This document shows, piece after piece, positions 25,260-34,988 of a DNA stretch of 64,000 nt. The notes beneath the pieces were generated by a model. It searched no databases. It was given only the letters and a program-made list of their open reading frames with translations, and was not told the origin of the DNA. Made by a program: the position numbers and the translations under genes. Position 1 is the first letter of the stretch. Every line of letters begins with the position of its first letter. The DNA comes from a virus (taxonomy: Duplodnaviria > Caudoviricetes), in the IMG/VR virus record IMGVR_UViG_3300037455_000245, positions 1 to 64,000 of that record; one strand, given 5' to 3'.

Positions 25260-25286
25260 GTTAAAAATTTATTAAAAACACTGGTG

Positions 25287-25314
25287 TAACGCAAATTGAT
25301 GATATTTTGGTTGC
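25287..25314 (-). promoter_or_regulatory. ECF-type late promoter GCAAC-N18-CGTTA
   Basis: Matches ECF -35 AAC / -10 CGT consensus; upstream of leftward operon. Confidence 0.6.
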
Positions 25315-25321
25315 AAATATT

Positions 25322-25348
25322 GCAACTTTTTTTAAATTTTCTACGTTA
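25322..25348 (+). promoter_or_regulatory. ECF-type late promoter GCAAC-N17-CGTTA
   Basis: Divergent twin of the minus-strand site. Confidence 0.6.
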
Positions 25349-25483
25349 TATGGGTGTTCCCTGGGGGAAGAAGGGGGATTTAGGGGGTTAATAGGGGCTC
25401 TATTAAACTAAAATATATATACTGGCCCTTTCTTTTCTTTGCTACTTTCTTTTCTTTCCCCAGTAAAACTAAACTAAATCGTA

Positions 25484-25915
25484 ATGAAAAAGAAGAAGAA
25501 ACCTGTAATTGATAAGTATACACAGCCAATATTTCCTCCGTTTGACTTGTATGTATGTAAGAACTTCACAGAAGAAGATCTTAAAAATACCTTCGTGTGG
25601 AGTGATGGTCAAGAGATAACAGAAGAGGAACTTAAATGTTGTAAAGGCGAAACGTTGTCTGTATTGTATAAAAAAGACGATCCTGAAAAGAATCTATGTA
25701 TAATAATTCTCTTGTATGTTGAAGAGTTTGAAAAAGGTACAGACTATGCGTGCGTATGTGCTCATGAAGCTTCACATGCTACATTCCGTATACTGGAATA
25801 CTGTGGAATAAAGCTTACTGATGATACTACAGAAGTATTCGCTTTTATGGAAGGCTGGATAACAGAGTGTTGTGTTAAAACGTATAAAAAGAAGGATGAC
25901 ACAGATAGAGCTTAA
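25484..25915 (+). CDS. HExxH-motif protein
   Basis: CAHEASH...EVFAFM; similar motif layout to 8896..9282. Confidence 0.7.
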   Translation: MKKKKKPVIDKYTQPIFPPFDLYVCKNFTEEDLKNTFVWSDGQEITEEELKCCKGETLSVLYKKDDPEKNLCIIILLYVEEFEKGTDYACVCAHEASHATFRILEYCGIKLTDDTTEVFAFMEGWITECCVKTYKKKDDTDRA

Positions 25916-26423
25916 TTATATACTATACTACGCTGATTTTCTAAGTTTAAAGCATACCAATCACCCGGTAACTGACAATTGTAAGTACTTTTTCATTCAC
26001 GAACACCCGATAAATAGCGCTTACATCTTAGACTTAGAGCCAGAGTATGATCCTGATAATTAGTATATTGCATGGGCAGCAGCAGAATATCAGACAATAT
26101 AGGATAAGTTTGACGGATCTGCAGCAATGAGTTTTATAGACGATATATGCAGTATACGAGCATGCGGTAGTGTTGATGCAGAATAGATGTTGAAGTGCAT
26201 TCATCGGTATAGTACAAAATATGAACGTAAATAGGCGTTTAATGCCTACTATAACTGGAAAAAACAACAATTATATTCTCACATAACACTCAATGAAAAT
26301 GGAGACCCCCAAGAAACACCCTGTACGCGGTATGTCAAGCACTTTGAAACAAGCCTTAAGCGACGAAAATTACTTGAAAGCCTTAGCTCTGTTCGAGAAA
26401 GCACAGAGGAATAGGCTTATTAA
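25896..26423 (+). CDS. hypothetical protein, 175 aa (5 TAG)
   Basis: MTQIELNY... reads through TAGs to TAA 26423. Confidence 0.75.
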
Positions 26424-26507
26424 TAAACTTTACCCTGAAGATTATGAGTAAATACGACATCGATCCTTGCGATTGGGACGATATTAACATTTCTGACGAT
26501 AATAACA

Positions 26508-26978
26508 ATGAAAGGCAGTAATATTTATGATATAGATGGCGAATTAATTCGTCGCGGGGACCAAGGAGCATTTACCCTTGAGGAAACCGAAGAATTAGTA
26601 GACAAGTTGGCTAAAAAAGTCGAAGAAAACCCCGATAATGAGGTATATAAGGTCTACTTAAATAATGCACAAAAGTGGCTTTTTAAGCTATACAACGAAA
26701 TGAAGCCAGAAGATGTGATGAAACGCATGTCTTTCCTCAAAGATAGTATAAATGAGGCTAAAAATGCCGCAAATGAAGCTGAACAAGCCAAGTTAGAAGA
26801 GATAAATAAAGCTATAGAAGAGCTTAAAAATGAGTATGATAACCTCCCCGAAGTGCCCGAAATGGCAGCCCCCGAAGGAACCGGAGACGAACAGCTGGAT
26901 AGACCGGTGGAATTAGCTATGGACGAGTATGTGGAACAAGTAGAAGAAGTAAAAGATGAACAAGATATTCAGAAATAA
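26508..26978 (+). CDS. acidic hypothetical protein
   Basis: 156-aa ORF. Confidence 0.8.
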   Translation: MKGSNIYDIDGELIRRGDQGAFTLEETEELVDKLAKKVEENPDNEVYKVYLNNAQKWLFKLYNEMKPEDVMKRMSFLKDSINEAKNAANEAEQAKLEEINKAIEELKNEYDNLPEVPEMAAPEGTGDEQLDRPVELAMDEYVEQVEEVKDEQDIQK

Positions 26979-27258
26979 GAAAAACAAGAGGATTGTATAC
27001 TTTAAAGAACTTTGTACGATAGAAGGATATGTGGAAGAAACTAAAAATGACAGTATTTTTACTATCGATATTTGTTCTGACGACGAGGATGCAATACTCT
27101 ACGAAGACAGAGATACGCACAAGACGTTTACAATGCCTCTTTTAGCTTTCTTAAACACATACGAAGTCTATGATCCTGCAGACGACCTATTGTCTGTAGC
27201 AAAGAAATATACAGAAAACGCAACAGAAGACTATGGAACAGTACCAGGAACAGAATAA
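26956..27258 (+). CDS. hypothetical protein (DUF1653-like layout)
   Basis: 100 aa; ILYEDRDTHKTFTMPLLAFL. Confidence 0.6.
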   Translation: MNKIFRNKKNKRIVYFKELCTIEGYVEETKNDSIFTIDICSDDEDAILYEDRDTHKTFTMPLLAFLNTYEVYDPADDLLSVAKKYTENATEDYGTVPGTE

Positions 27259-27457
27259 TATAAGAGCATTGATCTACGGTACCCTAATATCGGCTGATAA
27301 TGATGAGTATACTGAAGAACAGAAGCAAGAGAGTATGCGTAGATATGGTCTAGCAACAGCTGGAGAGAAAGACTGGGATAACCTAGACTGGGATTACATA
27401 CTAGAGCCCTTCGAAAGCCCAAACAGCAAGAATAAACTAGCAGATTTATTCAAATGA
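27233..27457 (+). CDS. hypothetical protein
   Basis: 74 aa, overlaps neighbours. Confidence 0.65.
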   Translation: MEQYQEQNNIRALIYGTLISADNDEYTEEQKQESMRRYGLATAGEKDWDNLDWDYILEPFESPNSKNKLADLFK

Positions 27458-27984
27458 GAGATATAAAACGAATATTTATACATTGTACAGCAGGAAGCTA
27501 GAAACAAACAAAAGATGACTTACTCAGAGAGTTCAAAGCTAAAGGATGGAGTAGTCCAGGCTACCATTATGCGGTGTTCCCGGATGGCAGAGTGGTTTCA
27601 TTCCTTGCCGAAGAGAAGGTCTCTAACGGAGTCCAAGGGTATAATTCCACAGCTATCAACGTGGCCTACGTCGGAGGAATTGACGGTAAAGGTAAAGCTG
27701 TCGACAACCGTACAGAAGCCCAAAAAGAGTCCTTGTTAGACCTCTTAAAACGTCTAAAATGTAAATATCCTAATGCTCATATAATGGGCCATAGGGATAT
27801 ATGGGGTAAGAACCCTAGTAATTGGAAGAAACAATGCCCATGTTTTGATGCTGAAAAAGAGTATGCATCTATAACAGCAGAACCTGTACAATATAAAGAT
27901 AATTGTGTAACAGATTACACTACTAAATATATAGATTCAATATTAGAATTACGCCCGTGGGCAGAGAAAAAGAGGGAAGTCTGA
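27454..27984 (+). CDS. N-acetylmuramoyl-L-alanine amidase (endolysin), 176 aa, TAG at codon 16
   Basis: IFIHCTAG, GYHY, INVAYVGG, RTEAQK, GHRD, KQCPCFD (T7 lysozyme/Amidase_2 motifs). Confidence 0.92.
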
Positions 27985-28189
27985 ATAAGGCTTCCCTTTA
28001 TTTTTACAGTCACCTTGTGACCTAAACATTGCTACGCAACGGGGACTGGAAAAATTTTAAAAAATTTTTTATTTTACGCATACGGAAATGCGAAGGAGCA
28101 ATAAATCACACCCCTATATACGCGTTCGGCAGAGATACCCCCTGTGGGCTCTGCGTTCGTTTCGTTTAACTTTTAAAGATTTTCGAATT

Positions 28190-28651
28190 ATGGTACAACT
28201 CAATTCATTAGCGGCAACGCGAGCAAGCAAAACCTTTGGTACAACTATCAATGGTGAAGTTAATCGTATTGTGCGTGCGGTGTGGCGTAACATGTTAGAC
28301 AGCGAGGACGACTTAGTGTTAGTTGGTGAAAGAACCAATTACATGGGCAACTTTTTCCTTCCGTCGAAATATCCTTGCAACGAAGCTGGTATAAATGACT
28401 ATGCTAACGTGATTAGGGCTAAATTGGCGGATGGTACGCTGAAAATGGTGGGGTACACCTTCACAGTGGCCGCGCTTACAAATAACACGCACAAAGGCTT
28501 CAAAAACCTTGCCACACAGCGCATTAGTCGTAACATTGACAGGGCGTTTAAAGAAGGCACATCCGAGTCCGCAGCGTTTCAGGCGGTGAAAGCAGACCTT
28601 GAACGGGCAGCCAACAAGGAGGCAAAGACGATTGAGTGGGTGGACGAGTAG
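28190..28651 (+). CDS. hypothetical early protein (TAG stop)
   Basis: ATG 28190; TAG followed by terminator. Confidence 0.75.
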   Translation: MVQLNSLAATRASKTFGTTINGEVNRIVRAVWRNMLDSEDDLVLVGERTNYMGNFFLPSKYPCNEAGINDYANVIRAKLADGTLKMVGYTFTVAALTNNTHKGFKNLATQRISRNIDRAFKEGTSESAAFQAVKADLERAANKEAKTIEWVDE

Positions 28652-28668
28652 TCCACTCACCCTTTTTT
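28633..28668 (+). terminator. intrinsic terminator
   Basis: GTGGGTGGAC-GAGTA-GTCCACTCAC followed by T tract. Confidence 0.7.
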
Positions 28669-28809
28669 GAGTTAAACTATATTTCCTAAACGAATAGAAC
28701 GCTTAATATATAGCATTTCACTAATCAATAGATATATGAAGATTTCTAAAAGTCATGGTACAGGTGTTGTAAGTTACGACATTATGTGAAATCAATCACA
28801 ACGCGATAT

Positions 28810-28974
28810 ATGAGTACACTTGATGAACTCAATGCACTCTTGGACGAGATATTGCCCGAGTTTGCAGGTACAGAGGCAGACCAAATTGCCTTAGTGAGCA
28901 AAATTGCCAATGATGAAGAGCGCAAGCAACGAATCAATGGCTACGATCCAATCTCTCAAATTGCTGTAGCATGA
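28810..28974 (+). CDS. small hypothetical protein
   Basis: ATG after AAATCAATC leader. Confidence 0.6.
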   Translation: MSTLDELNALLDEILPEFAGTEADQIALVSKIANDEERKQRINGYDPISQIAVA

Positions 28975-29195
28975 TGCATGTATTTATTATAACAGCACCA
29001 TATGCTATGAAATATATTGCAGAGATTCTCAAACCTTTTAATAATACAAAAAGAAAAGGTATTGAGGTGCTTCACGATGATGTTTCTATCACAATCAAAA
29101 TGAATTTACATTATGGTTGTGTACGAAATGTTATCAATAACTACAAACAATTCGTTAGAGCCAACCAGCGTGACTGGAAATGGCTCAACGAATGA
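28971..29195 (+). CDS. hypothetical protein
   Basis: ATGA overlap. Confidence 0.6.
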   Translation: MMHVFIITAPYAMKYIAEILKPFNNTKRKGIEVLHDDVSITIKMNLHYGCVRNVINNYKQFVRANQRDWKWLNE

Positions 29196-29242
29196 GTTCT
29201 TTAAACCTATTTAAAATCAATTCAATAAACAATAAATAAGTT

Positions 29243-29431
29243 ATGAAAGCATACGTTTATTCAAGAGATGTATCCACTCCTGATTATAAGTACAAAGAAG
29301 AAAGTATATATTCTCTTGTAGAACTAATTAAATTTCTTCCAGACAGTGATGTGATTGCATTCAGTGTTCAAGATTTAAAAAATCTTATTGGAATAAAACC
29401 TGAATCATCAAGAGATTTCTCATTGAAATGA
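29243..29431 (+). CDS. hypothetical protein
   Basis: AAATCAATTC leader. Confidence 0.6.
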   Translation: MKAYVYSRDVSTPDYKYKEESIYSLVELIKFLPDSDVIAFSVQDLKNLIGIKPESSRDFSLK

Positions 29432-30675
29432 TAGCAAATGTCCACCGCTATTTAAAAAGTGTGGACAGCCCTTTAAACCTACACCCGACATGTCCAAAGT
29501 AGTCGGCACACATCAGAGATAAAGACGATATTCGTTTACATTTTTATGTATTACGGAGGTAGTTGCAGTGTGTGAATGGTGATGGAAGGCAGGCTTCTTG
29601 TCTTTAAGAATAAAGCAGCGATGCTATAAAGTGCACTCCTTTAGAAAGAGTGTGCGCAGGGTAAAACCTGTTCATAAGAAAGCTATATTACACAAGTGTA
29701 TCTTGGGATAGTCGGGCAGACTTGAAGAGATATACGACGGGCCTTGCTAGCCTGTCTTGGGTGGTAACACTGACAATGTGTGGTATAAATCATCTCCCAA
29801 GGATTGCCAGTCCAAGAGAGTTGATAATCTATCAGTAATATCCTATTCGCTAACCAATGGTGAGGTCCAGCTGGTTACTTGACCCAGAAATGGTAGGATA
29901 AATAAAACTGTTAGAAGTGATTAGTCTTGGCAGACGAAAACAGGAAGGTGTTGCACCTGCAGTTGGCCAAAAGCCAGTATGGTGACAAGCATGACCACAT
30001 CTTCCAGGCAGGCTCTAGTTATCTATTTTTCTACTGGGAGAATTTCCAGATCTAACTGTAAAGTATTTAACAAAAAGCAAAAGTGTTATGCACTCTCGTA
30101 TGAAAATACGGTTGTTCTGCTGTAATACGCAGACTGTGTTAGTACCGCAAGGAAAGCATAGAGGTGAAATCAAACTTGTCTGGTGTCAGGATGGGATCCT
30201 GTTAAGCTACCAAAGCGCCACGAGTAAGAAATTAATCTACATAGTATGAGAGTAGTCTTTGCACGTTTCTAAGTGAAAATGTGTCCGTATGCTATCTACC
30301 TGTTAATAGCAGGTGTGTGATATTCTCAAAAGAGATTCAAAAGATAGTACAAAAGGTCAACACTCAGCCTTTTATTTAAAGAAATCAATTCGCTCAACAT
30401 ATGACACAACAGATGAAAAGATTCAATCTAAATCCCAACTACTCAGTCTTAATGGCCATATTGACTGGGATAACAGCAGTTTGGGTTGTCACGTTATTCT
30501 TATAGCATGACATACGACAAAAGAACAGTTCGTGTAGCCAACACGGATTATGTGCGTGAAGTGACTAGATGGCCAGGTCATACACATGTGAATAATATTT
30601 CAGTGGAATATCAATAGAATACTATCAGCTATAAAATAAAGAGATAGTCCCCCTTTGAAATCAATTCAACAACAT

Positions 30676-31065
30676 ATGTGTTTACTTACAAGACAGCTGC
30701 TCCCAAGAAGAGCAAAAAAACCAATTACTGTATATAAAGTAGTGTATAAAGTACACAATCACTATTTTACACCATTTAAACATGTTCAAATAAAACTAAA
30801 AGATCGCATAATAGCGGATGGACCCTTAAAAGGATGTCCAAGGCTTAATGCAAATAGTGAGTATAGTATAAATACAGTAGGTGAAGGATATATACATGCG
30901 TATAAAGACTTTAAAGATGCAAAAGAGTGGTGTAGATTCGTGAATCTATCCAAGACATACAAATTTAAAGTAATAGTATGTATCATAGAACCAGGCACAT
31001 TATATTATGCAAACGATTCAGAAATATGTGCTAGATCTCTTACAACAAAAGGTGTTGCATATTAA
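30676..31065 (+). CDS. hypothetical protein
   Basis: KKPITVYKVV...GYIHAY...CIIEPGT; ATG after TGAAATCAATTC leader. Confidence 0.75.
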   Translation: MCLLTRQLLPRRAKKPITVYKVVYKVHNHYFTPFKHVQIKLKDRIIADGPLKGCPRLNANSEYSINTVGEGYIHAYKDFKDAKEWCRFVNLSKTYKFKVIVCIIEPGTLYYANDSEICARSLTTKGVAY

Positions 31066-31100
31066 CACCTTAGATTGAAATCAATTCAAACAATAAACAT

Positions 31101-31325
31101 ATGGCAACAATTAAAGTAACTGGAAAATTGGCATTTGTCAAGGGTATCAAAGAGACTACACATATTAGTCTTAAAGAAGCCAAAGACATTTGCGATGAGA
31201 TCGTTAAAGATGACGTCGCAGAATTTGATCCGAAGAAATTCGGGTGGAACGAACAAACTCTCAAGGACATTGCAAGTATAGCAAACATGCATGGTAATAA
31301 TGTAATAATATTTTCGTATGAGTAA
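31101..31325 (+). CDS. ribosomal protein bL12 (L7/L12) C-terminal-domain-like protein
   Basis: KLAFVKGIKETTHISLKEAKDICD resembles the bL12 motif KIxVIKxVRExTGLGLKEAKDLVE. Confidence 0.7.
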   Translation: MATIKVTGKLAFVKGIKETTHISLKEAKDICDEIVKDDVAEFDPKKFGWNEQTLKDIASIANMHGNNVIIFSYE

Positions 31326-31515
31326 ACTTATAGAGTACGCAGGTGCTGATGGACTAGATGTAGGAGAGTCTGTCAGAGTAATAAACGTTAAACTTCTTGG
31401 AGAAATATATATAGTGGAAATGCTACAAGGAGAGACAGAGGACGATGCTTTTTATAGATTTATGAATTCTTTAAGTATATTAGCATGCGTAGACGATTCA
31501 ACCCACGAGCAATAG
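31318..31515 (+). CDS. hypothetical protein (TAG stop)
   Basis: 65 aa. Confidence 0.55.
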   Translation: MSKLIEYAGADGLDVGESVRVINVKLLGEIYIVEMLQGETEDDAFYRFMNSLSILACVDDSTHEQ

Positions 31516-31679
31516 CTTCCTCAGACGGTAGCCACATCATGATTAGTCATGACCGTCAACCAGGAACGACTGGTAGAAGAACAAAGACTGTATTTGCTAA
31601 ATGCGGTACAATTAAGTTTGCAGTAACACCAATGCAAGCAGCAATGCTGGCACCATATCAAAGAATAAAAAGGTTATAA
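31485..31679 (+). CDS. small basic protein
   Basis: 64 aa. Confidence 0.55.
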   Translation: MRRRFNPRAIASSDGSHIMISHDRQPGTTGRRTKTVFAKCGTIKFAVTPMQAAMLAPYQRIKRL

Positions 31680-31696
31680 TCAAATTTTATCAAAAA

Positions 31697-31993
31697 ATGA
31701 AAACATTATTGCTTATTGTCTCCAAAATCCAAAAAGGAGACAGCTATGTAAGGCTTACAAGTCTTAAGAAAGAGATTATCAAGTATGTGGGAACACGTAT
31801 GCTTGATGATGATATGGATGGAGAGGATGCACCAGCTATTCTTCTCAATTACACGCTAAACAAAGAAGAAAAAGAGCATATTGCAAAACTGTGTACATCC
31901 GATGATCATATAGTATTTATTGAAGGAACAGAAGATTCTTTCAAGGAAGCGTGTGATCAGTACATAGACTGTATGCTGATGCTAAATGAGTAA
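31697..31993 (+). CDS. hypothetical protein
   Basis: TATCAAAAAATG start context. Confidence 0.7.
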   Translation: MKTLLLIVSKIQKGDSYVRLTSLKKEIIKYVGTRMLDDDMDGEDAPAILLNYTLNKEEKEHIAKLCTSDDHIVFIEGTEDSFKEACDQYIDCMLMLNE

Positions 31994-32058
31994 TTGTTCC
32001 ATCAAAAAATGCTTAATTATTCTGTAACTATGTGGTTCGTGAGAATAGCATAGTTAAA
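31994..32058 (+). ncRNA. candidate sRNA 1 (anti-start-codon segment plus GTGA hairpin)
   Basis: TTGTTCCAT...TAACTATG-TG-GTTC-GTGA-GAAT-AG-CATAGTTA. Confidence 0.45.
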
Positions 32059-32700
32059 AACTTTTAGACATTTAATGCAGCTTTGCCGTACATCGCGATG
32101 CGGGAGATCGGTGACAAGCCCGAATAATGCAGAGTCAAATGTCTTTTGATACATAATTCCAATGAAAAGGGTATGATCCTGAAAAGAGTATGATCCTCGA
32201 ACTGAATTAAATCGTACACACTATTCTCTGAACAGGTAGGAGCGGTAACGGTGTATTGAGCCTTTGGAGGAATTGTGATCACTAAGTTGTGCGTAAGATA
32301 AACTAAAACGCTCAAGACGTTCTGAGAGTAACCGGTAATAGACTCTACAAAGCACATTGGTCGAAAGACGCTAGGCAATAGGTGTACAGTGAGGTGACTA
32401 CCGTTCCAAGTCCTCACACAAACCCGGTGGGGGACAAACCCGATGAGGGACAAGCCACACAAAGCGTGCATGGAAAGAGACGTACAGCAGGGTGACCTCC
32501 TCCAAGTCCCTGCACAAAAAGCAACCAAAAATGACCGTAATCAGTCGGAAGAGAGAATGCGTAAAGCCTGTTATTACCAACATAATGGGTGTGATCACTG
32601 AGTTACAAAAGTTGGTTAAGTTACTCAGTAAAATCATACATTAGTCATTCTAGATGGTTAAGTATGTGTTCACGGGGGTAGAGCCGCAGTCTACTCCCCC

Positions 32701-32799
32701 TTCTTTGAAACCACACAATTCATATATCATATTGGTTTTATTTATTTATACATTCGCTTTTTATCTTCTCCTCACGTCTGTGAAGATATGAGGAGTTTT
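32701..32799 (+). ncRNA. candidate sRNA 2
   Basis: ...TCATATATCATATTGGTTTT...CTCCTCACGTCT-GTGA-AGATATGAGGAG-TTTT. Confidence 0.45.
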
Positions 32800-32824
32800 A
32801 CATGACATTTCAAATCCATAATAT

Positions 32825-33106
32825 ATGTTAATTGTAATGTTATGCTTAGCTCAACCGATGGATTATTGTGCAGAGGCCCAAGATGTTTGTCTTTCTCTAG
32901 AAGAGATTAGACGAGCCATAATGGATAACGCAAAATATGCATATATATCCGAAAATAGTGTCACAGATCTTTGTCTCTGCTGCGAACTACAACTGAGCTT
33001 GAAAAAGCATGCACCAGCAGTAAATAACGTCAGGAGTGGTGCACCTGACACAAAATGCAAAATGGACTCTAAATCCGTGGAGCAAAGAGACAAAACTCCG
33101 TTTTAA
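32825..33106 (+). CDS. hypothetical protein
   Basis: 93 aa. Confidence 0.5.
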   Translation: MLIVMLCLAQPMDYCAEAQDVCLSLEEIRRAIMDNAKYAYISENSVTDLCLCCELQLSLKKHAPAVNNVRSGAPDTKCKMDSKSVEQRDKTPF

Positions 33107-33157
33107 TATCAAATCAGGGGGAGGGACATTAGTTGCGTCGGCCCTCCCCCAATAGGA

Positions 33158-33210
33158 GATCCCCTGATGAGTCTCGGAAGATTGAGACGAAACATGTAAA
33201 TGTCGGGATT
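33158..33210 (+). ncRNA. type I hammerhead ribozyme
   Basis: GATCCC-CTGATGA-GTCTC(GGAAGATT)GAGAC-GAA-ACAT(GTAA)ATGT-C^GGGATT; complete core, cleavage after C33204. Confidence 0.9.
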
Positions 33211-33435
33211 AGAAGTACAATATTCCCCTGTGATAAAAATAGCAAGTCAAAACTATGGTTAGAGAGCTAGATACAAGGGGCGACAACCCTTCTGGTATGG
33301 ATTGACAACTGCTATGCGTGTACAGCGGCAGGAATCGACTTCGAAAACCTCACAGCAGTATGGCACGTTCCCTCGGACGTGCCTTTTGTTTGAAAATCAA
33401 TTTTATAACATATTTAATGATCAAAACATTTAAAA

Positions 33436-33804
33436 ATGGCGAAAAAAATTCAGTTAATCACAGACGACTATACCAAAGCTCAGGAAGCTTTGCGTAATGG
33501 CAAAATCGAGCATGTGTATGTAGAGTACAAAGAAAAGAACAATTTTACCAAAAAGTTCATTGTTGTGCTTAACAAACATCGTGCTAATGCTGTAGCTCTT
33601 ATTAAAGCAGCTAACATTGACATTAAGCGAGTATCTAACTATCGTCATTACGAAATGCTCGCTCTCTCTCACAAGCACTATCTTCCTACATTTGAATGTA
33701 CGTGTCGTGGATGTGGAAAATCATTCAAACACGCAGATGCGAATGCTAAATGGTGCAATAAAGAATGTAAACAATCATGGCGTAAAGCAAAGAAAATGCT
33801 ATAA
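33436..33804 (+). CDS. Zn-finger-containing protein
   Basis: CRGCGKSF...WCNKEC. Confidence 0.75.
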   Translation: MAKKIQLITDDYTKAQEALRNGKIEHVYVEYKEKNNFTKKFIVVLNKHRANAVALIKAANIDIKRVSNYRHYEMLALSHKHYLPTFECTCRGCGKSFKHADANAKWCNKECKQSWRKAKKML

Positions 33805-34026
33805 TGACAACAAGAGAACGTGATAATATCAGGTTACTAATCCTAATATTCATACTATCGGCTATACTGTCGTTAGTCATAAACCATTTCTTTATATTAT
33901 GGCCGGAGCATTTGTAACATTTATCCTCATAGTGGTTATGTATATATTCTTCTATGAGGCATTCAGAAAAAAGCCAAGCAACGGTGGCAAGTCCGTTGCA
34001 AGTAAATAATTCAAAATCTATCAAAG

Positions 34027-34533
34027 ATGATCAACAAATGGATCGCAAAAACAAAAGACGGTGTTCTTGAATTCAACAGCGTCAAAGTGTGCACAGAGAG
34101 TGAGTTTAACAAACTTACAGCAGGTGTCAATAGACAAAAACTCATATCCTGGTGTGATGACAATCACATATCATTTGAGGCTCAACGTGGTGAACAGTAT
34201 ATGTCAATCATTCGTGAAGTGGTTCAAGAGATCAATGAATCAGAGGCACGTAATATAGATATACTGCACGACAAGTTCCTTGCATTCGTTGATACTCTTC
34301 CAGAAGTAGACATTCCGAACAAGAACGACAATCCTGAGAATATGGATACTGTGGAGAAATGTCTACACTTTGCGAAAGAAGCTATTGCTGGAATCGATAA
34401 AGGTGACATCGACGGTGCAGTATTCATCTCGTCAATCGGCCCAATTGGACTTCCATGTGGACATATCTCGGCATCGATATTGAGAGAGTTGTTAACACTT
34501 TATATTGACAAGTATGAGCACAAAGAAAATTAA
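34027..34533 (+). CDS. hypothetical protein
   Basis: 168 aa. Confidence 0.75.
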   Translation: MINKWIAKTKDGVLEFNSVKVCTESEFNKLTAGVNRQKLISWCDDNHISFEAQRGEQYMSIIREVVQEINESEARNIDILHDKFLAFVDTLPEVDIPNKNDNPENMDTVEKCLHFAKEAIAGIDKGDIDGAVFISSIGPIGLPCGHISASILRELLTLYIDKYEHKEN

Positions 34534-34750
34534 CCAACTGCATCCACCACTTCCTAAAAAGAAGTGTGTGGATGACAAAGGTAACAAAAAGTGTACCGTA
34601 TACGTTAAGGTAAAGAACGGCAAATCTACTGCTACAGTATCTCTTGCAGAATTTAACGCCACAAATGGAGGTATAGCTCTTACAGATGCTATTGGCAGAG
34701 TTGTTGACAATTTAGGCGGAAAGATATTGTGTGATTTCTTAGTTCGTTAG
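34514..34750 (+). CDS. hypothetical protein (TAG stop)
   Basis: 78 aa from ATG. Confidence 0.6.
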   Translation: MSTKKINQLHPPLPKKKCVDDKGNKKCTVYVKVKNGKSTATVSLAEFNATNGGIALTDAIGRVVDNLGGKILCDFLVR

Positions 34751-34988
34751 TAGTATGACTATAATATATTGTATAATCACAGGAATCTGCTGCTATGTCT
34801 TTGGAATATTGACAGCAGCACTTGTATTCAATGACAACGGATACGATAAGGGATTTAGAGACGGTTATAATTTGGCTAAATATGACACTTTCATCTTCTA
34901 ACAATGACTTACAACCAGGATTTTGGATTGGTTTGGTAATACTAATCATTATCCTGGTTGTTAGATGGTATATTAAAACACAATAATT

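Noticed and set aside
28088-28189. Listed upstream starts for 28088, and likewise 30655, 36760, 41994, 43010
   Set aside because: Extensions run through non-coding elements; downstream ATGs have better leaders
33237-33274. AAATAGCAAGTCAAAA and GTTAGAGAGCTAGA resemble the SpCas9 tracr/repeat scaffold
   Set aside because: Short, permuted match; Streptococcus-type repeats are not expected in a Bacteroidota host and no cas gene is present; most likely a chance hairpin
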